NCBI GenBank assembly: GCA_044892525.1
Contig: CM097885.1
Coordinates: forward strand, 5,644,001 to 5,708,000
Origin: Schmidtea polychroa
Lineage: Eukaryota
Length of the DNA: 64,000 bases
Direction: 5' to 3'
The position numbers and the translations under genes were made by a program. Below the pieces are notes generated by a model. That model made no database searches. It saw nothing but the letters and a program-made list of their open reading frames with translations, and had not been told where the DNA came from. This document shows, in pieces, positions 51,896 through 64,000 of the stretch; position 1 is the stretch's first letter, and every line of letters begins with the position of its first letter.

Positions 51896-54800
51896 CTCTG
51901 AGTTTATCCGACAGGATGTTTTGAACCCCTAAGGGTACAGGTCGTAAGGGTACAGGTCGTAAGGGTACTGGTCGTAAGGGTACTGGTCGTAAGGGTATTA
52001 GTCGTAGGGGTATTGATCACTCTCAATCCCCACCTACTCATTAACTAGCTACTAAGTACTAACCACTAGGTTTCAAACAACAACTACTAACAACCACCAT
52101 CAAAACCCATCGAGAAATTAACAAATATCAACCTACAACTATATAACAATCAGTAAACAACACTGTACCAACTACCAAATACAAGATACCAACAACTTAG
52201 TACCAACAATCAACTAACAACACATAAAAATAATAGCAATTAAATACAAATTATTCTTCATCGCATACACTATTTTCTTATCAAAATCTAAAAAGTCAAC
52301 CAACTACTTACAACCAACAACTATGTACTAACAAATTGATCTTTAAAAGAAAAATACTCATCACTTGAAAAATTAGATGGAAAATTAATTGAACTCAAGG
52401 CACTTTTAAGATATTTGAACTCAAGGCATCAATAACTTGGTAAAAATTGATTAAATTATTGTAAAAATTTAAATTATTCAAAATATACTAAATTAAAAAA
52501 ATATAATTAATGGACAAGAAAGAACTTTAAATTCTAGTCATTGATCATTCAAGTTAATATGAATCAACTAAGATAATAAATTAATAAGAATTTTGAAATA
52601 AGATCTAGTAGATAATTGATTTAGATTGAATAAATTAATTTAAATAAAATAAAATTTAATTATTTTTTTAAAAGTAATACATGTACTCAAATTGATTGAC
52701 TGATTTCTCAATATATTCAAAAAATCAGTATAAATTCATTACAATTATCAAAGTCAACAATCTACAATAAAAATAATTATCATTAAATTCCAAAAGAGAC
52801 TAGATAACTAATGATAACATCTAACAAACCAGTAAATTCATTTAAATGACAATAATTGGTATATCCAAGTGAATTCTCGAATAAAATCATCTAAAAAGAA
52901 TCATTTTCCCCTAAATATATCAATATTTAAAGATTGGTATTTTAATGATAAGTACTTGTTAAAGATCATATATTCACCTCAAACTAACAAGATTCCTTAA
53001 AATCCTCTTAAATGACTACATTTCTATCCTTAATTCATATTATTACAAATATCATCTAAAAAGCATCAAATTTCATTGAAATAACACTATCTTTAAAGAT
53101 TGATATTTTAAAGATAAGTACTCATAAAAGACTATATATTCACCTCAAACTAACAAGATTCCTTAAAATCTCTTAAATGACTATATTTCTACCCTTAATC
53201 CATATTATTACAAATATTTCACTAAAATCATCTAAAAAGCATCAAATTTCCCTGAAATAACTACCTTTAAAGATTAGTATTTTATCGATAAATATCCTTA
53301 AAAGGTTATATATTTACCTCAGACTAATAAGATTGCTTAAAATCCCCGTTAAATGACTTTAATTCCTATTATCACGAATATTATAAAACATGTAAAATAA
53401 TTTGGTCATTAACCCTAAATAATTGATAAAATCTAATGATAAAACCGGTTATAATTAACTTTTTGTTAATCACTGTACTCGAAATTTAAAATAAATTTAT
53501 CCATTCAATAAAATATATTTCTTCAAATGGTCAACTTTTGTCGTTGTCCACCTAAATAAAGATAAAAATAATTTAAAGTTGATATCAATCCCATTTATCT
53601 GTAAAGTTTTCATCGTCAAAACCAAGTAAATCGACATTGTTCTACAACATAAATCTAAATTAATATACAATGAATTAATCACAATCTAATAAAACGATAT
53701 AATTATTATTGATACATAACTGACTAATGTATTGACATTTCCCTTAAAACAATGATATTTTACCAACATCACCATTAAAAAAATCATATATTCCCATCTT
53801 AACCCATGTCTCATTAAATTTAACCGACTATATTCCCATCTTAACCCATTCCTCATTAAAGTCAATCGACTATATTTCCCTTACAATGATATATTCCCAT
53901 CTTAACCCATGTCTCATTAAATTTAACCGACTATATTCCCATCTTAACCCATTCCTCATTAAAGTCAATCGACTATATCTCCCTTACAATGATATATTCC
54001 CATCTTATCCGATCTCTCAGCAAATATTTCTACCCTTTTAAACATCTAACCGAATATATCCTTCAATTCTACCCACTTGAATCCTCCTTTAATTCAATTC
54101 AGTCTTAAAATCTTTAAAGAACTTCAAAAATATGACTTAATTGTTATAGACACCAAATATTCTTCCATTGAAATAATTTAGTAGCTATGTAGTAAGAGTT
54201 CACTAAAAGATCAAAATTTACTAAAATTTTCTACAAATATTTACCATCAAATACTGGAGATGATATATATTGGTTGATCATAATTCTTCATCGATTCAGC
54301 CAATCATTTTCAAGCAATAACAGCAAACTAAATTTCTGTATATCCTACAATAATTATCAAGTAAATTTAAAGTCATTGATAAATATTCTTAGAAAATTAT
54401 TGAAAAAAATTATCTAGTCAAATATATTACAAAGTTGTCATCAAAAATTTATTCTATCACTTAATTATTAACCTAATTGTCAATGAAATTAATTTTTATT
54501 TAAAAACTATTCAATAAAATACAACTAATTATCAAGAAATTAACTAAATTTATCAATTAAATTTATCACCATTAAAACTTTTAATCAGTCAACATGAAAT
54601 TCTTAGAAAATTATTCAATATCCTCATAAAAATTTATCCTACCACTTCATTATTGTAAAATCTCTAATTATTAACCTCATTGAAAATAATTTTTATTTAA
54701 AATTAAAAAAAAACAAGTCAATAAAAATACATCCAATTATCAAGAAATTAATTAAATTTATCTTAGAATTAGCATTAAATTATTAAATATTCATTCAATA

Positions 54801-55129
54801 AACATGAAATTTGCAAAAATGTTAGAAATCCATGAAAATGATAGATATCTACAAAAATTACGCATATTCACAAAAAAGTACGGAAATTCATGAAAATAAT
54901 AGAAAATTACAAAAAATGATAGAAATTCATAAAAATGATAGAAATTTACTTGAATAAAACCATCAACTCTAAAAAATTATCAATACCTTAAACATCAAAT
55001 TTGTCTAAATTCAAATAAAAACATTAAATACCTTTACGACTAATACCCTTGCGACATGTTGAATGTGAGTAGTACCCTTGTGAGCAATACCCATAGGGGG
55101 ACAGAATATTTTGTCGGATAAGCTCAGAG
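51896..55129. mobile_element. Putative TA-flanked TIR element inside the left arm (mirror copy 57217-60450)
   Basis: TA-CTCTGAGTTTATCCGACA ... TGTCGGATAAGCTCAGAG-TA with subterminal AAGGGTA repeats; no ORF. Confidence 0.55.
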
Positions 55130-58100
55130 TATATATTAATTAACTCATTCTTCATTGAATTAGTCAAATTATCGTAAATTTCGATAAAAAATCTAAAGTG
55201 GTAAGCAATGTAAAGAGAAATATTCTTTAAATTTTGATAAAATTAACAATGAAGGTGGTAAGAATCTTCATTAAAGTGAGGAAATTATTCATTACTCGAT
55301 TCAAATGGGTGAAAATAATTGGTAGAATAATCCATTAATGGAGGTAGATAATGAGAAGTGGCATAGATAAGAAGAAGGTGGATAAGAATGGAAGTATATT
55401 AATTGAATTTATTTAAAATTATTTCATAAAATTCATAAATTTAATAAAAAAAAAACTTTTAAAACAAATATTTGTGGGGATGTTTTAAGTGAATAATTAA
55501 TAAAAATCGGCGGAATATAATTGATTAAATATCGGGGGGTGGGGGTTATAAGTGAATAATTAGTGGAAAATAAAGGGGATATAAGTGAATAATTAATGGA
55601 GAATCGGGGGGAATATAGGAGATTAAATAGTGGGATAATGAGAATCGGTGGAATATAAGTGAGAAGGATATGTAATTTAAATTATTTTATTACGTAACAA
55701 GCCGTGACTAGTTTATTACATAACAAGCTGTGAATAGTATTTTATTGAAAATTATTGATATCGTCTTTTTTTTTTTTTAATTTTTGAATAGGTACTTTAA
55801 TACCTTAATAATTTAAATGTTTTGATTTACACTAAATAATTTCTAAATCAATTACCCTTTTCAATCAATATAAGTTAATATTCAAATATAAGTCTTCGAA
55901 AATATAAATTTTATAAGTAAAGCTTTTTTAAATAAATTTAAATAAGAAATTAATTTATTACCAGTTATATACTTTAAAACTTATTTATTGAATAAAACAT
56001 TAGAAATAAAAAAGTTTTTGTTGTATAAGTACTTGCAATAATAGCTATATATTATTAAATTTACGATTCTACACTAAATATTTCGAAACGAATATCATAA
56101 TATGAATTATATTACTCCTTTCAATAAAAATAAGATAAATATTCAAATAAATGACTTATAAAATACAATTAAAATTAAATTCTTTACACTAAATTTAAAA
56201 ATATAAGTTTTATTAGAAAATGTGAATAAAAAATTGAATTATTAACAGTTATAGACTTTTTAAACTTAATGATGGAATTAGGTAATAGAAAGTAAATATT
56301 TTTTTTAAAAAAAGACCTTTAATATTGTAGCTATTTATTATTAAATTTACTATTTTACACTAAATATTTCGATTTAGAAAACAATCATCACAATATTAAA
56401 TGTGATACTTCAATCAAAATAAGTTAATACTCAAATATATGTCTTATAAAATACAATTAAAATTAAATACTTCACTAATTTTAAGTAAAGTTTTTTAAAT
56501 TCTCAAATAAATGTTAACAAGATATTAATTTATTAATAATTATAGATTTTTTAAACTTATTATTGAAATTAAACAATAGAATGATATTCAAAATATATAC
56601 AATTTTAAAATATAATTAAAATTAAAATTATAAACTAGTCACGGCTTGTTACGTAATAAAATAATTTAAATTACATATCCTTCTCACTTATATTCCACCG
56701 ATTCTCATTATCCCACTATTTAATCTCCTATATTCCCCCCGATTCTCCATTAATTATTCACTTATATCCCCTTTATTTTCCACTAATTATTCACTTATAA
56801 CCCCCACCCCCCGATATTTAATCAATTATATTCCGCCGATTTTTATTAATTATTCACTTAAAACATCCCCACAAATATTTGTTTTAAAAGTTTTTTTTTT
56901 ATTAAATTTATGAATTTTATGAAATAATTTTAAATAAATTCAATTAATATACTTCCATTCTTATCCACCTTCTTCTTATCTATGCCACTTCTCATTATCT
57001 ACCTCCATTAATGGATTATTCTACCAATTATTTTCACCCATTTGAATCGAGTAATGAATAATTTCCTCACTTTAATGAAGATTCTTACCACCTTCATTGT
57101 TAATTTTATCAAAATTTAAAGAATATTTCTCTTTACATTGCTTACCACTTTAGATTTTTTATCGAAATTTACGATAATTTGACTAATTCAATGAAGAATG
57201 AGTTAATTAATATATACTCTGAGCTTATCCGACAAAATATTCTGTCCCCCTATGGGTATTGCTCACAAGGGTACTACTCACATTCAACATGTCGCAAGGG
57301 TATTAGTCGTAAAGGTATTTAATGTTTTTATTTGAATTTAGACAAATTTGATGTTTAAGGTATTGATAATTTTTTAGAGTTGATGGTTTTATTCAAGTAA
57401 ATTTCTATCATTTTTATGAATTTCTATCATTTTTTGTAATTTTCTATTATTTTCATGAATTTCCGTACTTTTTTGTGAATATGCGTAATTTTTGTAGATA
57501 TCTATCATTTTCATGGATTTCTAACATTTTTGCAAATTTCATGTTTATTGAATGAATATTTAATAATTTAATGCTAATTCTAAGATAAATTTAATTAATT
57601 TCTTGATAATTGGATGTATTTTTATTGACTTGTTTTTTTTTAATTTTAAATAAAAATTATTTTCAATGAGGTTAATAATTAGAGATTTTACAATAATGAA
57701 GTGGTAGGATAAATTTTTATGAGGATATTGAATAATTTTCTAAGAATTTCATGTTGACTGATTAAAAGTTTTAATGGTGATAAATTTAATTGATAAATTT
57801 AGTTAATTTCTTGATAATTAGTTGTATTTTATTGAATAGTTTTTAAATAAAAATTAATTTCATTGACAATTAGGTTAATAATTAAGTGATAGAATAAATT
57901 TTTGATGACAACTTTGTAATATATTTGACTAGATAATTTTTTTCAATAATTTTCTAAGAATATTTATCAATGACTTTAAATTTACTTGATAATTATTGTA
58001 GGATATACAGAAATTTAGTTTGCTGTTATTGCTTGAAAATGATTGGCTGAATCGATGAAGAATTATGATCAACCAATATATATCATCTCCAGTATTTGAT

Positions 58101-60855
58101 GGTAAATATTTGTAGAAAATTTTAGTAAATTTTGATCTTTTAGTGAACTCTTACTACATAGCTACTAAATTATTTCAATGGAAGAATATTTGGTGTCTAT
58201 AACAATTAAGTCATATTTTTGAAGTTCTTTAAAGATTTTAAGACTGAATTGAATTAAAGGAGGATTCAAGTGGGTAGAATTGAAGGATATATTCGGTTAG
58301 ATGTTTAAAAGGGTAGAAATATTTGCTGAGAGATCGGATAAGATGGGAATATATCATTGTAAGGGAGATATAGTCGATTGACTTTAATGAGGAATGGGTT
58401 AAGATGGGAATATAGTCGGTTAAATTTAATGAGACATGGGTTAAGATGGGAATATATCATTGTAAGGGAAATATAGTCGATTGACTTTAATGAGGAATGG
58501 GTTAAGATGGGAATATAGTCGGTTAAATTTAATGAGACATGGGTTAAGATGGGAATATATGATTTTTTTAATGGTGATGTTGGTAAAATATCATTGTTTT
58601 AAGGGAAATGTCAATACATTAGTCAGTTATGTATCAATAATAATTATATCGTTTTATTAGATTGTGATTAATTCATTGTATATTAATTTAGATTTATGTT
58701 GTAGAACAATGTCGATTTACTTGGTTTTGACGATGAAAACTTTACAGATAAATGGGATTGATATCAACTTTAAATTATTTTTATCTTTATTTAGGTGGAC
58801 AACGACAAAAGTTGACCATTTGAAGAAATATATTTTATTGAATGGATAAATTTATTTTAAATTTCGAGTACAGTGATTAACAAAAAGTTAATTATAACCG
58901 GTTTTATCATTAGATTTTATCAATTATTTAGGGTTAATGACCAAATTATTTTACATGTTTTATAATATTCGTGATAATAGGAATTAAAGTCATTTAACGG
59001 GGATTTTAAGCAATCTTATTAGTCTGAGGTAAATATATAACCTTTTAAGGATATTTATCGATAAAATACTAATCTTTAAAGGTAGTTATTTCAGGGAAAT
59101 TTGATGCTTTTTAGATGATTTTAGTGAAATATTTGTAATAATATGGATTAAGGGTAGAAATATAGTCATTTAAGAGATTTTAAGGAATCTTGTTAGTTTG
59201 AGGTGAATATATAGTCTTTTATGAGTACTTATCTTTAAAATATCAATCTTTAAAGATAGTGTTATTTCAATGAAATTTGATGCTTTTTAGATGATATTTG
59301 TAATAATATGAATTAAGGATAGAAATGTAGTCATTTAAGAGGATTTTAAGGAATCTTGTTAGTTTGAGGTGAATATATGATCTTTAACAAGTACTTATCA
59401 TTAAAATACCAATCTTTAAATATTGATATATTTAGGGGAAAATGATTCTTTTTAGATGATTTTATTCGAGAATTCACTTGGATATACCAATTATTGTCAT
59501 TTAAATGAATTTACTGGTTTGTTAGATGTTATCATTAGTTATCTAGTCTCTTTTGGAATTTAATGATAATTATTTTTATTGTAGATTGTTGACTTTGATA
59601 ATTGTAATGAATTTATACTGATTTTTTGAATATATTGAGAAATCAGTCAATCAATTTGAGTACATGTATTACTTTTAAAAAAATAATTAAATTTTATTTT
59701 ATTTAAATTAATTTATTCAATCTAAATCAATTATCTACTAGATCTTATTTCAAAATTCTTATTAATTTATTATCTTAGTTGATTCATATTAACTTGAATG
59801 ATCAATGACTAGAATTTAAAGTTCTTTCTTGTCCATTAATTATATTTTTTTAATTTAGTATATTTTGAATAATTTAAATTTTTACAATAATTTAATCAAT
59901 TTTTACCAAGTTATTGATGCCTTGAGTTCAAATATCTTAAAAGTGCCTTGAGTTCAATTAATTTTCCATCTAATTTTTCAAGTGATGAGTATTTTTCTTT
60001 TAAAGATCAATTTGTTAGTACATAGTTGTTGGTTGTAAGTAGTTGGTTGACTTTTTAGATTTTGATAAGAAAATAGTGTATGCGATGAAGAATAATTTGT
60101 ATTTAATTGCTATTATTTTTATGTGTTGTTAGTTGATTGTTGGTACTAAGTTGTTGGTATCTTGTATTTGGTAGTTGGTACAGTGTTGTTTACTGATTGT
60201 TATATAGTTGTAGGTTGATATTTGTTAATTTCTCGATGGGTTTTGATGGTGGTTGTTAGTAGTTGTTGTTTGAAACCTAGTGGTTAGTACTTAGTAGCTA
60301 GTTAATGAGTAGGTGGGGATTGAGAGTGATCAATACCCCTACGACTAATACCCTTACGACCAGTACCCTTACGACCAGTACCCTTACGACCTGTACCCTT
60401 ACGACCTGTACCCTTAGGGGTTCAAAACATCCTGTCGGATAAACTCAGAGTATATATAATAAAACTGATCAACAATAAGTATTTATTGAATGCGATTTTT
60501 ACATTGCGATAATAAGTTATCAATTAAAAGAAGAATGTTTTGTAAATTAGAATTCATTAGTCTTTCATTTAAATTATTTTGAATTTCACGTGGTGATGAG
60601 TTGTGGTTTTTTTGATGAAAATCAACATTTTTTGTTAAATTTGAAAAGGTTTTTCTACTGATTGTAATTAAAATTATTAATTTTAAAAAGCATTTCATAA
60701 AATACAATAAAAAATATTTAGTTGATTGTAAGTAGTTAGTTGTAAGTATCTGGTTGTTTGAGAGTTAGTACGTGGTATCACGTTGAAAGTATTTGGTACT
60801 TATTTGTCAGCACCTAGTTAAAAATACATGATCGTTGTTGGAATCTGATTGTTGA

Positions 60856-60915
<60 letters not shown>

Positions 60916-63900
60916 ATTATTATTATTATAATTATTATTATTATTATTCCATTAAAATTTCCATTAAAATTTTCATTATAAATTACATTTCTCAAAAAAG
61001 TTGGTGGTTATTCAATCTTTTGATAATAAATTTAAAAATCTTACTTTAGCTTTAATTTAAAATTTGAACCATTGGATACTTAATTTTAAATTTTGAACCA
61101 TTGTTTTCTTTAATTTAAAATTTTTAACTTTAATTTACTTATCCTTAATTTACCTAATTATTCTTTATTTCTTAATTTTACACCATAATTTACTTAACAA
61201 CTAATTATAACCCTTATGTTCATATTTAACCAATAATTTCATGTGGTCATCTGGTTGTAAGTGTTTGGTATCTAGTTGACAGTGCTTAGTACTTGTTATC
61301 TAGTTGTTAGTACTTGGTTGATAATGCTTAGTTATTGGTTGTATGTACTTGGTATCTAGTTGTTAGTAACTAGTTGTAGGTAATTAATGCTTAGTAGTTG
61401 GTTGTTGTTGGTTGTTAGTACTTGGTTGATAATGCTTAGTACCTGGTATCTAGTTGTTAGCTGGTTGTTAGTACTTAGTTGTTGGTTGTAAGTAGTAGGT
61501 ATCTGGTAGTTAGTTGTTAGCTGGTTGTTGGTTGTTAGTACTTGGTAGCTAGTTGTTAGCTGGTAGTTAGTACTTAGTATCTAGTACCTAGTTGGTTGGT
61601 TGTTGGTACTTGGTATCTGGTTGTTAGTTGGTTGTTAGTACTTGGTAGGTGGTTGGTTGTAGGTACTTAGTAGTTGGTTGATGTTGGTTGTTAGTACTTG
61701 GTAGGTGGTTGGTTGTAGGTACTTAGTAGTTGGTTAATAATGCTTAGTACCTGGTTGTTGTTGGTTGTGAGTACTTGGTATCTAGTTGTTAGTTTTTTGC
61801 TGGTTGTTGGTACTTAGTAGTTGGTTGTAGGTACTTAGTATCAGGTAACTGGTTGTTAGCTGGTTGTAACTAGTTAATAGGTAGGTGGTTGTTGGTAATT
61901 AATGCTTAGTACCTGGTTGATGTTGGTTGTTAGTACTTGGTAGGTGGTTGGTTGTTAGTACTTAGTAGTTGGTTAATAATGCTTAGTACCTGGTTGTTGT
62001 TGGTTGTGAGTACTTGGTATCTAGTTGTTAGTTTTTAGCTGGTTGTTGGTACTTAGTAGGTGGTTGTAGGTACTTAGTATCAGGTAACTGGTTGTTAGCT
62101 GGTTGTAACTAGTTAATAGGTAGGTGGTTGTAAGTACTTGGTAGGTTGTAAGTAGTTGGTAGATTTTTTAGATTTTGATAAGAAGATATTGTATTTGATG
62201 AAGAATATTTTGTATTTAATTGCAATTATTTTTATGTGTTGTTAGTTGATTGTTGGTACTTGGTATCTGGTTGATAGTTGGTTGTTAGTACTTGGTAGGT
62301 GGTTGGTTGTTAGTACTTAGTAGTTGGTTAATAATGCTTAGTACCTAGTTGTTGTTGGTTGTTAGTACTTAGTATCTAGTTGTTAGTATCTAGTTGTAGG
62401 TATCTGGTTGTAACTACATGTTCGTAAGTTACTGGTTGTTGGTACTAAGTTGTTAGTTTGTTGTTGAATTATTAATAAAATTTGTCTTTGAAAAATATTT
62501 CATTAAAATTTTCATTAAAAATTATCTTAAAAATTTCCATCTAAAATTATCATTGAAAAATATTCCATAAAAATTTCCATTAAAAATTACCATTGAAAAT
62601 TTTCATTAAAAAAATTTCAATTCTCAAACACCTTCTATTATTTCAACTTTTTGTTAATAAATTTAAAAATCTTACTTTAATTTACATATTACATTACTTA
62701 TTTAAATATTATTACTTTAATTTAATTTTTTTACCATTGATTACTTAATTTTTAAATTTGGACCATAATTTACTTTAATTTAATTTTTTAGAACCATAAT
62801 TTACTGTAATTTAATTTTTTTAGAACCATAATTTACTGTAATTTAATATTTTAGAACCTTAATTTACTGTAATTTGAAAAATTTGAGCCATTATTTACTT
62901 TAATTGAAAAATCTGAGCATATTAATTACTTTAATTCGAAAATATGAACCTTAATTTAATTTTTTAGGACCATAATTAACTTTAATTTAATTTTTTAGGA
63001 CCATTATTTACTTTAATTTAAAATTTTGAACCTTAATTTAGTTATTTGAGCCCATTCATTACTTTAATTGAAAAATCTAAGCCCATAATTTACTTTAATT
63101 CAAAAATTTGGACCATAATTTACTGTAATTTTAAAATTTGGACCATAATTAACTGTAATTCAATTTTTTTTTAGACCATAATTTACTGTAATATAATTTT
63201 TTAGAACCATAATTTACTGTAATTTAATTTTTTAGGACCATAATTACCTTATTTGAAAAATTTGAACCATAATTTACTTTAATTGAAAAATTTGGACCAT
63301 AATTTACTGTAATTTAAAAATCTTAGTCCATAATTTACTGTAATTCAATTTTTAGAACCATAATTTACTTTAATTTTAAAAAATTTACCACGTTTTTTAG
63401 TGTAGACCACATATTTCTCAGGACCAAGGAGACCCACCTTAATTTAATTCGAAAAATCCATGCTTTTTTATTGATAGTCGGATTTTTGTATTGAAAATAT
63501 CCTGAGACCTTAAATTACCATGCTTTTTTAGTGAGACCGCCTTTTTGTATTGAAAATATCATGAGACCTTAAATTACCATGCTTTTTTATTGATAGTCGG
63601 ATTTTTGTATTGAAAATATCATGAGACCTTAAATTACCATGCTTTTTTATTGAAGATCAGCTTTTGTATTGAAAATATCCTAAGACCTTAAATTACCATG
63701 CTTTTTTAGTGAAGACCAGTTTTTGTATTGAAAATATCCTGAGACCTTAAATTACCATGCCTTTTTATTGATAGTCGGATTTTTGTATTGAAAATATCAT
63801 GAGACCTTAAATTACCATGCTTTTTTAGTGTAGACCAGCTTTTTGTATTGAAAATATCCTGAGACCTTAAATTACCACGTTTTTTTAGTGTAGACCACCT

Positions 63901-64000
63901 ATTTCTCAGGACCAAGGAGACTCACCTCACTATAGTCTGAAAAATCCTTGGCTTTTTTAGTGTAGACCACCTATTTGTATTGAAAATATCCTGAGACCTT

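Larger units (their letters stand above)
47791..64000. mobile_element. Giant non-coding fold-back element with Polinton-like terminus (runs off the window)
   Basis: 48346-55716 is the reverse complement of 56630-64000 (paired coordinates sum to 112346); spacer 55717-56629. Left end AGTAGGTAGATAGTGGCC resembles the Polinton end AGTAGAGGGATAGCGGCC. Confidence 0.7.

Noticed and set aside
55695..55713. Helitron 3' end (…GACTAGT)
   Set aside because: No convincing GC-rich hairpin upstream and no Rep/helicase remnants.
47803..63915. Short ORFs within the palindrome (47803, 48057, 48431/63706, 51639/60483, 53497/58664)
   Set aside because: Mostly non-ATG starts, repeat-derived, no motifs; duplicated only because of the inverted repeat.

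Overview
AT-rich eukaryotic (animal) genomic DNA. The ~40-55 nt introns, (ATT)n microsatellites and multi-kb LTRs suggest a planarian flatworm (inference). 407-16450 is a complete-ended but decayed Polinton/Maverick (adintovirus-type) element with ~0.5 kb TIRs and an exact 6-bp TSD (TACGCA). It carries packaging ATPase, integrase-chromodomain, minor and major capsid, adenain protease and two basic core-like ORFs. No protein-primed DNA polymerase is visible, and nested LTR-retroelement debris fills ~1.8-8.1 kb. Unusual cargo in the element: a compact intronless TATA-binding-protein-fold gene, a five-exon acidic protein with tandem SUMO-interacting motifs (absent from the ORF track), a putative GPI-anchored coiled-coil protein, spliceosomal introns in virus-like genes, and TIRs built from AP-1/NR5A-type motif arrays. 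The middle of the window holds a CLCC1-like gene, a two-exon orphan gene, two tandem cathepsin L genes, Penelope, hAT, Tc1 and solo-LTR relics, and a 37-bp satellite. From 47791 to the window end lies a non-coding giant palindrome (arms at least 7.4 kb, 0.9 kb spacer) starting with a Polinton-like terminus. It is a candidate ~16.8 kb fold-back, non-autonomous Polinton derivative, though an assembly artefact is not excluded.
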